Below, piece after piece: positions 37,817 through 47,837 of a stretch of DNA of 64,000 bases; the first letter of the stretch is position 1; every line of letters begins with the position of its first letter. Source of the DNA: Lachnospiraceae bacterium UBA7199 (GTDB lineage Bacteria; Bacillota; Clostridia; Lachnospirales; Lachnospiraceae); the NCBI GenBank assembly GCA_002490775.1, contig DKUR01000063.1, positions 20,902 through 84,901 of the forward strand, written 5' to 3'. The notes beneath the pieces are model-generated. The model searched no databases. It saw only the letters and a list, made by a program, of their open reading frames with translations, and had not been told where the DNA came from. A program made the position numbers and the translations under genes.

Positions 37817-38827
37817 ATGGGAGAGATTTCCGAAGTAGTTAGTGTACCAGCAAAAGATCAGTTGAATGTTTTTGGACAGTTTGATTCAAACATCAAAAAG
37901 CTGGAAAGACAGCTACAGGTATCCATTTCAGACAGAAACGGTGAAGTACGGATCAGTGGAAGTGAAACGCTTGTCCGGCGCGCAAAAGCAGTGCTTGCGT
38001 ATCTTACAGAATTATCAATGAGAGGGAATGTGATCCAGGAACAAAATGTGGATTATGCAATTACTATGAATATGGAAGAAAACGAAGATGTTTTATTGGA
38101 AATAGATAGGGATTGTATCTGTCATACGGTGTCAGGAAAGCCTGTTAAGCCTAAGACACTGGGGCAGAAGCAGTATGTTGATGCAATTAGGAATAATATG
38201 ATTGTGTTTGGTTTGGGGCCGGCAGGTACTGGCAAGACGTATCTTGCTATGGCTATGGCGATAACTGCCTTTAAAAATCAGGAGGTAGAGAGAATCATAC
38301 TCACCAGACCGGCAATTGAGGCAGGAGAAAAGCTTGGCTTTCTCCCGGGAGATCTGCAAAGTAAAGTAGATCCTTATTTAAGGCCTTTGTATGATGCACT
38401 TTACCAGATCATGGGAGGAGAAACGTTTGCCAAAAATATGGAAAGAGGTTTGATCGAGGTCGCTCCGTTAGCATATATGCGGGGCAGGACCTTGGATAAT
38501 GCTTATATTATTTTAGATGAGGCACAGAATACTACGCCTGCGCAGATGAAAATGTTTTTGACTAGAATTGGTTTTGGTTCCAAAGTGATTGTTACAGGGG
38601 ATGCTACTCAAAAAGACTTATCCCCCGGAGCAGCCTCAGGACTTGATGTGGCAATTAAAGTATTGCGAGGCATCGAGGGAATCGAACTTTGCAAAATGTC
38701 CAGCCGCGATGTTGTAAGGCATCCCTTAGTACAGCAGATAGTGAAAGCATACGAGACATATGAGGCAAAAGAAAGCAGCAGTACAAAACGAAAAAGCAGG
38801 AATTCAAGTTATGAAAAAAAACATTGA
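37817..38827 (+). CDS. phoH: PhoH family ATPase
   Basis: GPAGTGKTYLA, LGFLPGDL, PLAYMRGRTL, DEAQN, VVRHPLV. Confidence 0.96.
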   Translation: MGEISEVVSVPAKDQLNVFGQFDSNIKKLERQLQVSISDRNGEVRISGSETLVRRAKAVLAYLTELSMRGNVIQEQNVDYAITMNMEENEDVLLEIDRDCICHTVSGKPVKPKTLGQKQYVDAIRNNMIVFGLGPAGTGKTYLAMAMAITAFKNQEVERIILTRPAIEAGEKLGFLPGDLQSKVDPYLRPLYDALYQIMGGETFAKNMERGLIEVAPLAYMRGRTLDNAYIILDEAQNTTPAQMKMFLTRIGFGSKVIVTGDATQKDLSPGAASGLDVAIKVLRGIEGIELCKMSSRDVVRHPLVQQIVKAYETYEAKESSSTKRKSRNSSYEKKH

Positions 38828-39986
38828 AAATATTTTTTTATTTCTTTTTACGATAATAATTAGCGCTTTGGCGGCTTATTTTTATCAAATAGAAACCATA
38901 CGGATTGCAGGTATTATAATTATAGTGACTGCCGGATGCGGCAGTGTATGGTTTGAAATTGGGAAAAGCAGTCAGGAGGGCAGTTTTTTATTTGACAATG
39001 AGGCTCATTTTGAAAGATTTATGGTAGTATACCTGATAGCTCTTTTAGGGAGTGTTGCTTTTCCTATGCTTCCAGCGGGAGGATGGCCTTATCTGGTTAT
39101 TTTTGTTGGATTGATGCTATTTAGTAATCAGATGATAGGAATTTCGGCAGGAAGTGTACTGTTAATGATATCTGTCATGCTTCAGGGAAGTGATGCCAGT
39201 ACATTTTTTATCTATTTTATTGGTGGTCTTGTAGGAATTACAGTTTTTTCTTATGTAGATAAAAGCTTTAAGATCTGGCTGCCGCTTTTGGTTTCACTGT
39301 CGGTTCAAATGGTGTGTCTGTCCATTCAGGAAGTATTATTGGTTAATGAAGTGCTGCATATTTATATGTTTTTAATACCGGCAGTTAATATTTTGGTATG
39401 TTTGATACTGCTTATGATTCTTCTTAAGTATTTTAGTTTTTCCATTATATATGGAAGCAGGAATATATATATGGACATTAATGATCCTGAGTGCCCTCTG
39501 CTGGTGGAATTGAAAACATTTTCCAAGGAGGAGTATTATCGGGCCGTGCATACGGCATACTTATGTGACAGAATAGCAAAAAGGCTGAATTTAGATGATG
39601 CCGTAGTAAAGGCTTGTGGTTATTACCACAGAATTGGTATTATAAGAGGAGAAAATAATTGGGAAAATGTAAGCGCAATCTTGCAGGAATACAAGTTTCC
39701 AATGGAAGTCCAAACAATTCTTAAAGAATATATAGATAAAAATGAAACCATTCTTTCCAAAGAGACAGCAGTGCTTCTTTTTTGTGACACAGTGATCTCA
39801 TCTATCAGCTATCTTTTTTCACAAAATGCGCAGGCCGATATGGATTATCAGAAAATTATTACTGCAATATTTAAGAAAAAGCTTGAAAGTGGTATGATAG
39901 ATTACAGCAGACTGTCCTTTGGAGAATTGCAGGAAATGAAAAAGATACTTGTGGAGGAAAAGCTGTATTATGACTTCTTACGTTGA
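38811..39986 (+). CDS. PgpH/YqfF-like 7TM-HD protein with degenerate HD domain
   Basis: Occupies the phoH-X-ybeY position; about 8 TMs followed by an HD-like fold reading GYYHRIG instead of YHDIG. Confidence 0.7.
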   Translation: MKKNIENIFLFLFTIIISALAAYFYQIETIRIAGIIIIVTAGCGSVWFEIGKSSQEGSFLFDNEAHFERFMVVYLIALLGSVAFPMLPAGGWPYLVIFVGLMLFSNQMIGISAGSVLLMISVMLQGSDASTFFIYFIGGLVGITVFSYVDKSFKIWLPLLVSLSVQMVCLSIQEVLLVNEVLHIYMFLIPAVNILVCLILLMILLKYFSFSIIYGSRNIYMDINDPECPLLVELKTFSKEEYYRAVHTAYLCDRIAKRLNLDDAVVKACGYYHRIGIIRGENNWENVSAILQEYKFPMEVQTILKEYIDKNETILSKETAVLLFCDTVISSISYLFSQNAQADMDYQKIITAIFKKKLESGMIDYSRLSFGELQEMKKILVEEKLYYDFLR

Positions 39987-40479
39987 AAATGAAACAGATA
40001 TAGACTTTGAGTTTGACATTAAAGAAATTTTAGATACAGTTATGAAACAGGTTCTTGCTATGGAAAAATGCCCTTATGAAGCACAGGTAAATCTGTTAAT
40101 TACAGATAATCAGGGCATTCATGAGCTTAACAGGCAATATCGTCAGGTAGATGCGCCTACAGATGTACTTTCGTTTCCAATGATTCCATTTCAAAAAGAG
40201 GCTGAATTCTCTGTAGTAGAGGAGGAGGAAGCAGATTGTTTTGATCCGGAAAGCGGAGAGCTTATTTTGGGAGACATTATCATATCTGCTGAAAAAGTAT
40301 TTGAACAGGCAGATCAATACGGACATTCCGTAAAAAGAGAACTGGCTTTTCTGATCGCACACAGCATGCTCCATCTATGTGGTTATGATCATATGGTGAA
40401 GGAAGAAGCAGACATAATGGAGGAGAAACAGGAAAGGGTTCTTTCTTTCCTTGGAATTACAAGAGGAGACAATTTATGA
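39970..40479 (+). CDS. ybeY: rRNA maturation endoribonuclease YbeY
   Basis: LNRQYR..D.PTDVLSFP, LGDIIIS, HSMLHLCGYDH. Confidence 0.96.
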   Translation: MTSYVENETDIDFEFDIKEILDTVMKQVLAMEKCPYEAQVNLLITDNQGIHELNRQYRQVDAPTDVLSFPMIPFQKEAEFSVVEEEEADCFDPESGELILGDIIISAEKVFEQADQYGHSVKRELAFLIAHSMLHLCGYDHMVKEEADIMEEKQERVLSFLGITRGDNL

Positions 40480-42110
40480 AAAGACCGGAGAGAAAAAGGA
40501 CAATTTCCTCAAGAAAAGATCAGTATTTGATTGTTACCTTACTTGCTATGATTGGGGCTTTGATTTTTCGCATTCCTTTGGGATCTATGATTGGTGATAA
40601 GGGAATTACATGTTTTGCTTCGGCAAATGAGATTTATCTGGTGATTGCAGGGACGGTTTCCTATGGATTGTCAGAGGCTGTTGCAGCATTAGTTAAATTT
40701 CGGGTAAAAAGAGAGCAATACAAAAATGCACGAAAGGTTTTAAATGGAGCATTGCTTTTTGGCGGTGTTTTGGGGTTGATTTTCAGTGCGTTTTTTTGTA
40801 TTTCAGGACAATTTGCTGCAGAAAAGGTTTTACACATGCCGTTAGCAGGACTAGCAATTTCTCTGATGGCGCCTTCTATGTTTTTTATGATTTTAACAGG
40901 TGTTTTTAAAGGTTATTTTCAGGGAAGCGGATCAAGGATGCCTGCCCTGCATTCCCAGATACTGCATTTGATTGTTATGTTTGCAGGCGGGCTTTTAGGA
41001 GCAGGGTTCGTACACGAATATGGGTTAAAAGTTTCAGCACTTTTACAAAATGATGATTATGCCAGTGCATATGGTGCAATGGGAGCTTCAATAGGATTAT
41101 TATCGGCTTCAATTCTTTGTTTTCTTCATATGCTGGTTTTATATTTAATTTACAAAGGCTCTTCAAGAAAACAGGCTGGAAGAGAACTGCTGAAAAATCA
41201 GGATTTAGGTTTACACATTGTATATATGCTGATGGGAACAGGCGTGATGTATTCACTTGTCTGGTTATGTTTTCAAGGATTGCCGCTGATTGATCAATAT
41301 CTATTCTTTTTATTGGGGGACAGGTCAGGGGAAAGTGCTGTCATGTGGGGCGTGTACTATGGGAAATGTCTGGTTTTTTCAGGAGCCATTAGCGGACTCA
41401 TTATAATTGCCTGTCTGGGAACTATTCGAAAGGTAGCAGGACTTATAGAACGGGATGAGCAAAGAATTGCAAGAGAAAAGCTTGGAATACTAATTCATCA
41501 GTGTGCTGTGATTTCAATACCGGCGGCTGTGCTGCTGGCAGTTTTTTCAGGAAACCTTTTGGAGATGCTGTCTGTAAATGCAGGCAAACAGGCAGTGGGA
41601 TGGCTGCAGTTGGGAAGCATACTTATTGTTTTTTGCGTTTATACAGCAGTTTTTGTTGAAATACTGGTAAGAAGCAGGAAGATGAAATATGTGGTATTAA
41701 TAGGTACTGGAGCACTTCTTTTGCATATAGGACTTTTGTCTTTCCTTTTAAAAACCACAAACCTTGGAATTACAGCAGTATTGATTGCCGCAATTATTTT
41801 CTATGTGCTGGTGGCAGGGGCAGGATTTTGGCTGATCAGCCGTTTCCTTCAGTATACACAGGAATGGATAAAAAGTTTTGTAATTCCCTTAATTGATTCT
41901 GCAGTTTCAGGGGTGATTGCAATGCTGCTAAATAAGGTATTTACTCCTCTGCTGGGATCTGCAGTTTCAATGCTTATCTGCCTTTTGACGTCAATTGTTG
42001 TCTATTTGGTTCTCTTAATCGTAACCAGAGCTTTTGATGAGGGAGAGCTGGAAGAAATGCCAGGCGGTGGAATTTTAATTATGCTGATTGGAATGCTGCG
42101 ATTTAGATAA
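40476..42110 (+). CDS. SpoVB/MurJ-like MOP-superfamily flippase (polysaccharide biosynthesis protein)
   Basis: About 14 TMs; FRIPL..IG..G, FKGYFQG, AYGAMGAS.G. Confidence 0.8.
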   Translation: MKRPERKRTISSRKDQYLIVTLLAMIGALIFRIPLGSMIGDKGITCFASANEIYLVIAGTVSYGLSEAVAALVKFRVKREQYKNARKVLNGALLFGGVLGLIFSAFFCISGQFAAEKVLHMPLAGLAISLMAPSMFFMILTGVFKGYFQGSGSRMPALHSQILHLIVMFAGGLLGAGFVHEYGLKVSALLQNDDYASAYGAMGASIGLLSASILCFLHMLVLYLIYKGSSRKQAGRELLKNQDLGLHIVYMLMGTGVMYSLVWLCFQGLPLIDQYLFFLLGDRSGESAVMWGVYYGKCLVFSGAISGLIIIACLGTIRKVAGLIERDEQRIAREKLGILIHQCAVISIPAAVLLAVFSGNLLEMLSVNAGKQAVGWLQLGSILIVFCVYTAVFVEILVRSRKMKYVVLIGTGALLLHIGLLSFLLKTTNLGITAVLIAAIIFYVLVAGAGFWLISRFLQYTQEWIKSFVIPLIDSAVSGVIAMLLNKVFTPLLGSAVSMLICLLTSIVVYLVLLIVTRAFDEGELEEMPGGGILIMLIGMLRFR

Positions 42111-42126
42111 CTTGGTGGTGGTAATG

Positions 42127-42156
42127 GTATAAATTTGAATATTTTGGCTGATACTG
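42127..42156 (+). promoter_or_regulatory. putative SigF promoter
   Basis: GTATA-15 bp-GCTGATACTG before the bofC-like gene. Confidence 0.5.
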
Positions 42157-42187
42157 TTTAAAAAGAAATAGTAAAGGTGTGCATTTT

Positions 42188-42814
42188 ATGAAATTTGTGA
42201 AACGTATCAGCTTATTTTTTATTTATCCTTTAAGCATGTTTGCACTTGGATTTGCTTCTAATATGGCAATTATGGAGTTTTTTTATCCAGGAGACAGTAA
42301 AGTAAAGCTTCAAGTGGAAGAGGAGAAAAAAAATCAGGAAGAGACTGTGCCAGTGTCAGTCAGCGATGAACCAATAATGACAGCAAATACGCAATATATA
42401 GTGCAGTCTTATAATATTGTTACAGGAGAAACAACAGAGGAAGAAGCTGTTTCACCGGATAAATTTATGGGATTAAGCAGGGAAAAATTAGTTCTGGAAA
42501 TTGAGGAATACAATAAAAATCCGTCCCTTTCTGATTTGGAACTGGGATTCCAACATATGGAGTTGATTTCTTTTTCTTCAGGAAAAGTGGTAGTTAGAAA
42601 AAGCTTTGAACCAGAGCAGGAGGAAAAAGGTTTTTTTCTTTTAAATGAGAATCATTATGTGGTAGTTTATGATCATCAATTGTCGCAAGTCTATATGAAC
42701 ACGGATATTTTGGTGGAAGAACTGCCGGAAAATCTTCAAAATGAAATTTTGAATATGAAATATATAGAAGATGAGGGAGAATTATATAATTTTCTTGAGT
42801 CTTATTCCAGTTAG
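42188..42814 (+). CDS. BofC C-terminal-domain protein (forespore)
   Basis: N-terminal TM; C-terminal YVVVY...VYMNTDI.V..LP..LQ.EI....YI..E.ELYNFLESYSS. Confidence 0.72.
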   Translation: MKFVKRISLFFIYPLSMFALGFASNMAIMEFFYPGDSKVKLQVEEEKKNQEETVPVSVSDEPIMTANTQYIVQSYNIVTGETTEEEAVSPDKFMGLSREKLVLEIEEYNKNPSLSDLELGFQHMELISFSSGKVVVRKSFEPEQEEKGFFLLNENHYVVVYDHQLSQVYMNTDILVEELPENLQNEILNMKYIEDEGELYNFLESYSS

Positions 42815-42888
42815 TATTATATTAATCAATGAGAATAACATTTAATGGAGCATTTTTGTGCGTGAAAATGGAAGAAATGAGGAGATAG

Positions 42889-44139
42889 ATGGAGAAAAAA
42901 ATAGCGATAGCAATAATCGGAGCAGGAGCGTCCGGAATGACTGCAGCCATAATAGCAGCCAGAAATGGAGCTGACGTCACGCTATTTGAAAAAAATGACA
43001 GGGTTGGTAAAAAAATACTTGCTACTGGAAATGGAAAGTGCAACTTAACAAATCTGGAATTTGATCTGGGACAGTATTTTTGTGAAGATAAAGTAAAACT
43101 CCAAAAACAATTTGATTTATTTCCGGTATGGGAAACAATTTCCTTTTTTGAAAGCCTGGGGCTGATGGTTAAAAGTAAAAATGGATATGTTTATCCTTAT
43201 TCGGAGCAGGCATCATCAGTATTGGATATTTTGCGGATGGAACTTAAGCGGTGCCGGATTAAGGTGTTAACAGGTACGGAAATCATGGAAGCTGCCTGCT
43301 TAAGGGAAGGCGGCAGGTTTCAAATAAAAGATAAAGAGGGAAAAAAATATTATTTTAACAGGCTGATTTTATCTTGTGGAAGTCCGGCTTCTTTGAAAAA
43401 GGGAGATGGAACTGTTGGATATGAAATTGCAAAAGGATTTGGACACAGGATTAAGCCGGTGGTTCCAGGGCTGGTTCAGCTAAAATCAAATGAAGATTTT
43501 TTAAAGGCGCTTGCAGGAGTGAGATGCCATGCGGATATAAAGCTTATGCTGGACGGACAAGAGTCAGCCTGCGAAAGCGGAGAACTGCAGTTTACAGAAT
43601 ATGGGATTTCAGGCATTCCTGTTTTTCAAATAAGCCGGATCGCAGCGTATGCATTAAAAAAGAATCAGACAGTTGATGTACATATCAATTTTTTCCCGGA
43701 GCAGGAAGAAAAAGTATTTTTTTATACAAACAGACTGCGATACGAAACCCAATTGGAAAAAAACTTAGAAGAATTTCTAACAGGAACGCAAAATAAAAAA
43801 ATTAATATGGTTATGATTAAGCAGGCAGGTTTCAAGCCAGAAATGAAGGTGAAAGAGACTGGATGGAAGAAAATATGGACAATGATGCAGAAATACCAGC
43901 ACTTTGTGATACCGATAAGTGATGTAAATACGTTGGAAAAAGCACAGGTTTGTGCGGGTGGTGTTGATTATACACAATTATATGTAAGCTTACAGTCAAA
44001 GCTTGTTAATGGGCTTTATTTTACCGGTGAAATGCTTGATGTAGATGGGAAATGCGGCGGATATAATTTGCAGTGGGCATGGACCAGTGGATATATTGCA
44101 GGCATGAATGCGGCTAAAAGGGATGAAAAGGAAAATTAA
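42889..44139 (+). CDS. HI0933/YhiN/YtfP family flavoprotein
   Basis: GAGASG, GKKILATGNGKCNLTN, SGIPVF, GEMLDVDG.CGGYNLQWAW.SG. Confidence 0.92.
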   Translation: MEKKIAIAIIGAGASGMTAAIIAARNGADVTLFEKNDRVGKKILATGNGKCNLTNLEFDLGQYFCEDKVKLQKQFDLFPVWETISFFESLGLMVKSKNGYVYPYSEQASSVLDILRMELKRCRIKVLTGTEIMEAACLREGGRFQIKDKEGKKYYFNRLILSCGSPASLKKGDGTVGYEIAKGFGHRIKPVVPGLVQLKSNEDFLKALAGVRCHADIKLMLDGQESACESGELQFTEYGISGIPVFQISRIAAYALKKNQTVDVHINFFPEQEEKVFFYTNRLRYETQLEKNLEEFLTGTQNKKINMVMIKQAGFKPEMKVKETGWKKIWTMMQKYQHFVIPISDVNTLEKAQVCAGGVDYTQLYVSLQSKLVNGLYFTGEMLDVDGKCGGYNLQWAWTSGYIAGMNAAKRDEKEN

Positions 44140-44141
44140 GG

Positions 44142-45788
44142 ATGCTGAGAATCAGTCAGTTAAGGCTATTGGTGGGACATACAGAGGTGGAACTGGAAAA
44201 GCAGGTAAAAAAAATACTGCGGTGCAGGGAAAATCCAGAGATTACCATCGTAAGACGTTCTGTTGATGCCAGGAAAAAGCCGGAGCTATATTTTAATTAC
44301 ATAATAGATGTAAAGGTAAAGGATGAAGCAAATATTTACCGCAGGTGTAATAAAAAGCAGGTACAAATTTATAAGGAGGTTTTCTATCGCTTTCCAGTCA
44401 GTGGATATTCAGGGAATATAAGGCCTGTGATTATTGGGACAGGGCCGGCTGGGCTTTTCTGTGGCTATATGCTGGCAAAGGCCGGATTTAAACCAATACT
44501 TTTAGAACGAGGATATCCGATTGAACAGAGAACAAAGGATGTGGAAAGGTTTTGGGAAAATGGAGATTTAAATTCAGAATCCAATGTACAGTTTGGCGAA
44601 GGCGGTGCAGGAACATTTTCTGATGGGAAGTTAAATACACTGGTAAAAGACAATTATGGAAGAAACAAAAAGGTGTTGTCTTTGTTTGTAGAGTTTGGAG
44701 CACCAGAGGAAATCTTGTACGATTATAAGCCGCATATAGGTACTGATGTGTTAAGGCAGATTGTGGTAAATATACGGAAAGCGATTGAAAATATGGGAGG
44801 AGAAGTTAGATTTGCTTCCAAGGTAACTGATATTGAAGCAGAAGGAAATCAAATATCTGCTTTGATCATTAATAAAACTGAAAGGCTGGAAACTAAGTTT
44901 GTTGTTTTAGCCCCAGGGCATAGTGCAAGGGATACCTTTGAAATGCTTCATCATAAGGGAATCTTAATGGAAGCCAAGCCTTTTGCCCTTGGAATGCGTG
45001 TGGAACATCCTCAGGAACTGATCAATTTATCACAATATGGAAAAGTGGAAGAAAAGATATTAGGAAATGCACCTTACAAGGTAACTGCAAAGGTTTCGGA
45101 CGGAAGAGGGGTATATTCATTTTGTATGTGTCCGGGAGGTTATGTAGTGGATGCTTCTTCTGAACAGGGGCGTCTTGCAGTTAATGGCATGAGTTACAGC
45201 GGCAGGAGCGGACGTAATGCAAATAGTGCAATTATTGTGTCGGTAACGCCTAAGGACTATGAGGGGGAAGGTGCACTTGCCGGTGTGGAATTTCAAAGAA
45301 GGCTGGAGGAAAAGGCGTTTCAGACGGGACTTGGAACAATACCGGTAGAAAGATATTCTGATTATAAAAAGGCAGTTGATAAGACGACTGCCAGCAAGAC
45401 AATGGAGAGCGGGGATGCAAAATGCCAGAAGAGCCCGTCGATGATCCCACAGAACTTTACACCCCAAATAAAGGGAAAATGGAGTTATGGGGCTGTTCAT
45501 GAAATTCTTCCCATATCCCTTAGCAAAGCATTTGTGGAGGGAATGGAACAGTTTGGAACTGTCATAAAAGGTTTTAATGATGGGAATGTGCTGGTAGAAG
45601 GGGTGGAGAGCAGAACTTCTTCTCCAGTAAGGATTTTAAGGGATGAAAATCTGCAGTCCTCTCTGAAGGGATTATATCCTTGTGGCGAGGGGGCTGGATA
45701 TGCAGGTGGAATTACTTCGGCTGCTATGGATGGAATACGTGTAGCAGAGGAAATGGCAATTCATATTATGGATAGGGAGAATCTTTAA
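44142..45788 (+). CDS. uncharacterised FAD-dependent dehydrogenase (COG2509-like)
   Basis: RRSVDARKK, GTGPAG, QFGEGGAGTFSDGKL, FCMCPGG, GEGAGYAGGITSAAMDG. Confidence 0.9.
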   Translation: MLRISQLRLLVGHTEVELEKQVKKILRCRENPEITIVRRSVDARKKPELYFNYIIDVKVKDEANIYRRCNKKQVQIYKEVFYRFPVSGYSGNIRPVIIGTGPAGLFCGYMLAKAGFKPILLERGYPIEQRTKDVERFWENGDLNSESNVQFGEGGAGTFSDGKLNTLVKDNYGRNKKVLSLFVEFGAPEEILYDYKPHIGTDVLRQIVVNIRKAIENMGGEVRFASKVTDIEAEGNQISALIINKTERLETKFVVLAPGHSARDTFEMLHHKGILMEAKPFALGMRVEHPQELINLSQYGKVEEKILGNAPYKVTAKVSDGRGVYSFCMCPGGYVVDASSEQGRLAVNGMSYSGRSGRNANSAIIVSVTPKDYEGEGALAGVEFQRRLEEKAFQTGLGTIPVERYSDYKKAVDKTTASKTMESGDAKCQKSPSMIPQNFTPQIKGKWSYGAVHEILPISLSKAFVEGMEQFGTVIKGFNDGNVLVEGVESRTSSPVRILRDENLQSSLKGLYPCGEGAGYAGGITSAAMDGIRVAEEMAIHIMDRENL

Positions 45789-45847
45789 AAAGTACGAGAG
45801 CTGGCCTTAAGAAAAGGCAGAATGCACTGGAAAGGAAAGGTATTTGT

Positions 45848-46435
45848 ATGGAGAAAAAAACATTTAGCAGTAAACAAGAGCTAAGAAACAGGTATTTAAA
45901 TTACAGAAATAGTCTTTCCGTGAAGGAACGAAAGGAAAAAAGTGCTAAAATATGGGAACAGCTTAAAAAAGAAGAGGCTTTTCAACATGCGCAGATCCTT
46001 CTTGTATATATGGATTATCGAAGCGAGGTTATGACTACGGGATTGGTAGAAGAGCTGATTGCATCAGGAGAAAAAAGAATTTTTGCGCCAAAGGTCGAGG
46101 GAATGGACATCCAGTTTTATGAGGTATTTGGCATGGAAGATTTTGAAGAGGGATACCAGGGAATCAGAGAGCCATTAAAAGATAAAGCAAGATTATTTAC
46201 AAATAAAATATCACAGGAGGAGGAATGCATGATCCTTGTTCCGGGGGCTGTTTTTGACAGACAGAGAGGACGTATGGGATATGGAAAAGGATTCTATGAC
46301 AGATATCTTGCGTCGTTCCCGGCACTTTATAGCACAGCCCTTGCTTTTGAATGCCAAATCACGAAAAAGGTGCCTGTGGAAGAACATGATATTAGACCGA
46401 ATATGATTATAACAGATACAGAGGTTATCAGATAA
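45848..46435 (+). CDS. 5-formyltetrahydrofolate cyclo-ligase
   Basis: KQELR, GIREP, VPGAVFD...GRMGYGKGFYDRYL, EEHD. Confidence 0.94.
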   Translation: MEKKTFSSKQELRNRYLNYRNSLSVKERKEKSAKIWEQLKKEEAFQHAQILLVYMDYRSEVMTTGLVEELIASGEKRIFAPKVEGMDIQFYEVFGMEDFEEGYQGIREPLKDKARLFTNKISQEEECMILVPGAVFDRQRGRMGYGKGFYDRYLASFPALYSTALAFECQITKKVPVEEHDIRPNMIITDTEVIR

Positions 46436-46465
46436 AAGATTTTATTTAGTAAAAAGGAAGAAAAG

Positions 46466-47710
46466 ATGGAATTGCTAAATCAATTAGGAAAAAATGCGTC
46501 AATCGCCAAATATGAATTACAAAAATTAACTACAGATAAAAAAAATCATGCGTTATGTAAGGCTGCCAGTGCACTTGTTAAAGAAAGCAGTTCATTGTTA
46601 CAGGAAAATGCAAAGGATATTGCCAAAGGGGAAGAAAAGGGAATGCATTCCGGTTTGCTTGACCGGCTGCGTCTTACAGAAGAAAGAATTAAAGGAATGG
46701 CAGAGGGGCTTTTACAGGTTGCAGAACTGCCGGATCCTATTGGACAGGTGATTGAGACTATAGAGCGTCCTAATGGGCTTAAGATCGAAAAACGAAGAGT
46801 ACCTATAGGAGTAATTGGCATGATTTATGAATCCCGCCCCAATGTTACCGCAGATGCTTTTGCTCTTTGCTTTAAGAGCGGCAATGCAGTGATTTTGAAG
46901 GGAGGAAGTGATGCAGTTTGTTCCAATATTGCAATTACCAGGGTAATTAGACAGGCACTTAAAGACGAAGGAATTACAGAGGATGCCATTCAATTGATAG
47001 AAGTTGCAGATAGGGCGGTAACCCGGGAATTTATGCGGATGAAGGAATATGTAGATTTATTAATTCCCCGGGGAGGAGCCGGACTGATCAAAAGTGTGGT
47101 GGAGAATAGCATTATCCCGGTAATTGAGACAGGAACTGGAAATTGTCACATTTATGTGGACGAATTTGCTGATCTTGAAAAGGCAATTCAAATTATTATA
47201 AATGCCAAGACACAACGGATTGGAGTCTGTAATGCCTGTGAATCCTTAGTAATTCATAAGGCAGTAAAGGATGCGCTGCTTCCAAGGCTTGCAGAAGCAT
47301 TGAAAGCATATCATGTGGAAATCAGAGGAGATGAAACGGTAAGACAGGTGATCGACTGTATACCTGCAACAAAGGAAGATTATGGAACAGAGTATCTGGA
47401 TTATATTATTTCCATGAAAACCGTAGCATCTATAGAGGAAGCTGTTGCTCATATAAATAAATACAGTACAAAACACTCTGAATCAATTATTACGGAAAAA
47501 AGAGAAAATGCTGAAAAATTTTTGAATGAAGTGGACGCTGCCTGTGTTTATGCAAATGCGTCTACAAGATTTACAGATGGATTTGAATTTGGATTTGGTG
47601 CAGAAATAGGTATCAGTACACAGAAACTTCACGCAAGAGGTCCTATGGGGCTCAGAGAGTTGACTTCCTATAAATATGTAATCAGAGGAAATGGACAAAT
47701 AAGACAATAA
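46466..47710 (+). CDS. proA: gamma-glutamyl phosphate reductase
   Basis: [55 protein letters not shown]. Confidence 0.97.
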   Translation: MELLNQLGKNASIAKYELQKLTTDKKNHALCKAASALVKESSSLLQENAKDIAKGEEKGMHSGLLDRLRLTEERIKGMAEGLLQVAELPDPIGQVIETIERPNGLKIEKRRVPIGVIGMIYESRPNVTADAFALCFKSGNAVILKGGSDAVCSNIAITRVIRQALKDEGITEDAIQLIEVADRAVTREFMRMKEYVDLLIPRGGAGLIKSVVENSIIPVIETGTGNCHIYVDEFADLEKAIQIIINAKTQRIGVCNACESLVIHKAVKDALLPRLAEALKAYHVEIRGDETVRQVIDCIPATKEDYGTEYLDYIISMKTVASIEEAVAHINKYSTKHSESIITEKRENAEKFLNEVDAACVYANASTRFTDGFEFGFGAEIGISTQKLHARGPMGLRELTSYKYVIRGNGQIRQ

Positions 47711-47837
47711 TATCGCATGTTATGTAAAAATATGTCGAAAATTGTAATAAATTAAATTTAAATATAACAATAGAAAAATGTCTTAAAATGTCGAAAAATA
47801 TCAAAAGTTATTTTAAAAATAATAAAAACACATGTTT

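Noticed and set aside
45789-45847. 6S RNA or folate riboswitch before the 5-formyl-THF cyclo-ligase
   Set aside because: The gap is only about 60 bp and holds just a small hairpin
47703-47730. Chromosomal dif site (TTATGTAAAAA resembles a XerD arm)
   Set aside because: The left arm does not match a XerC/CodV half-site, and gene orientation shows no lasting switch here
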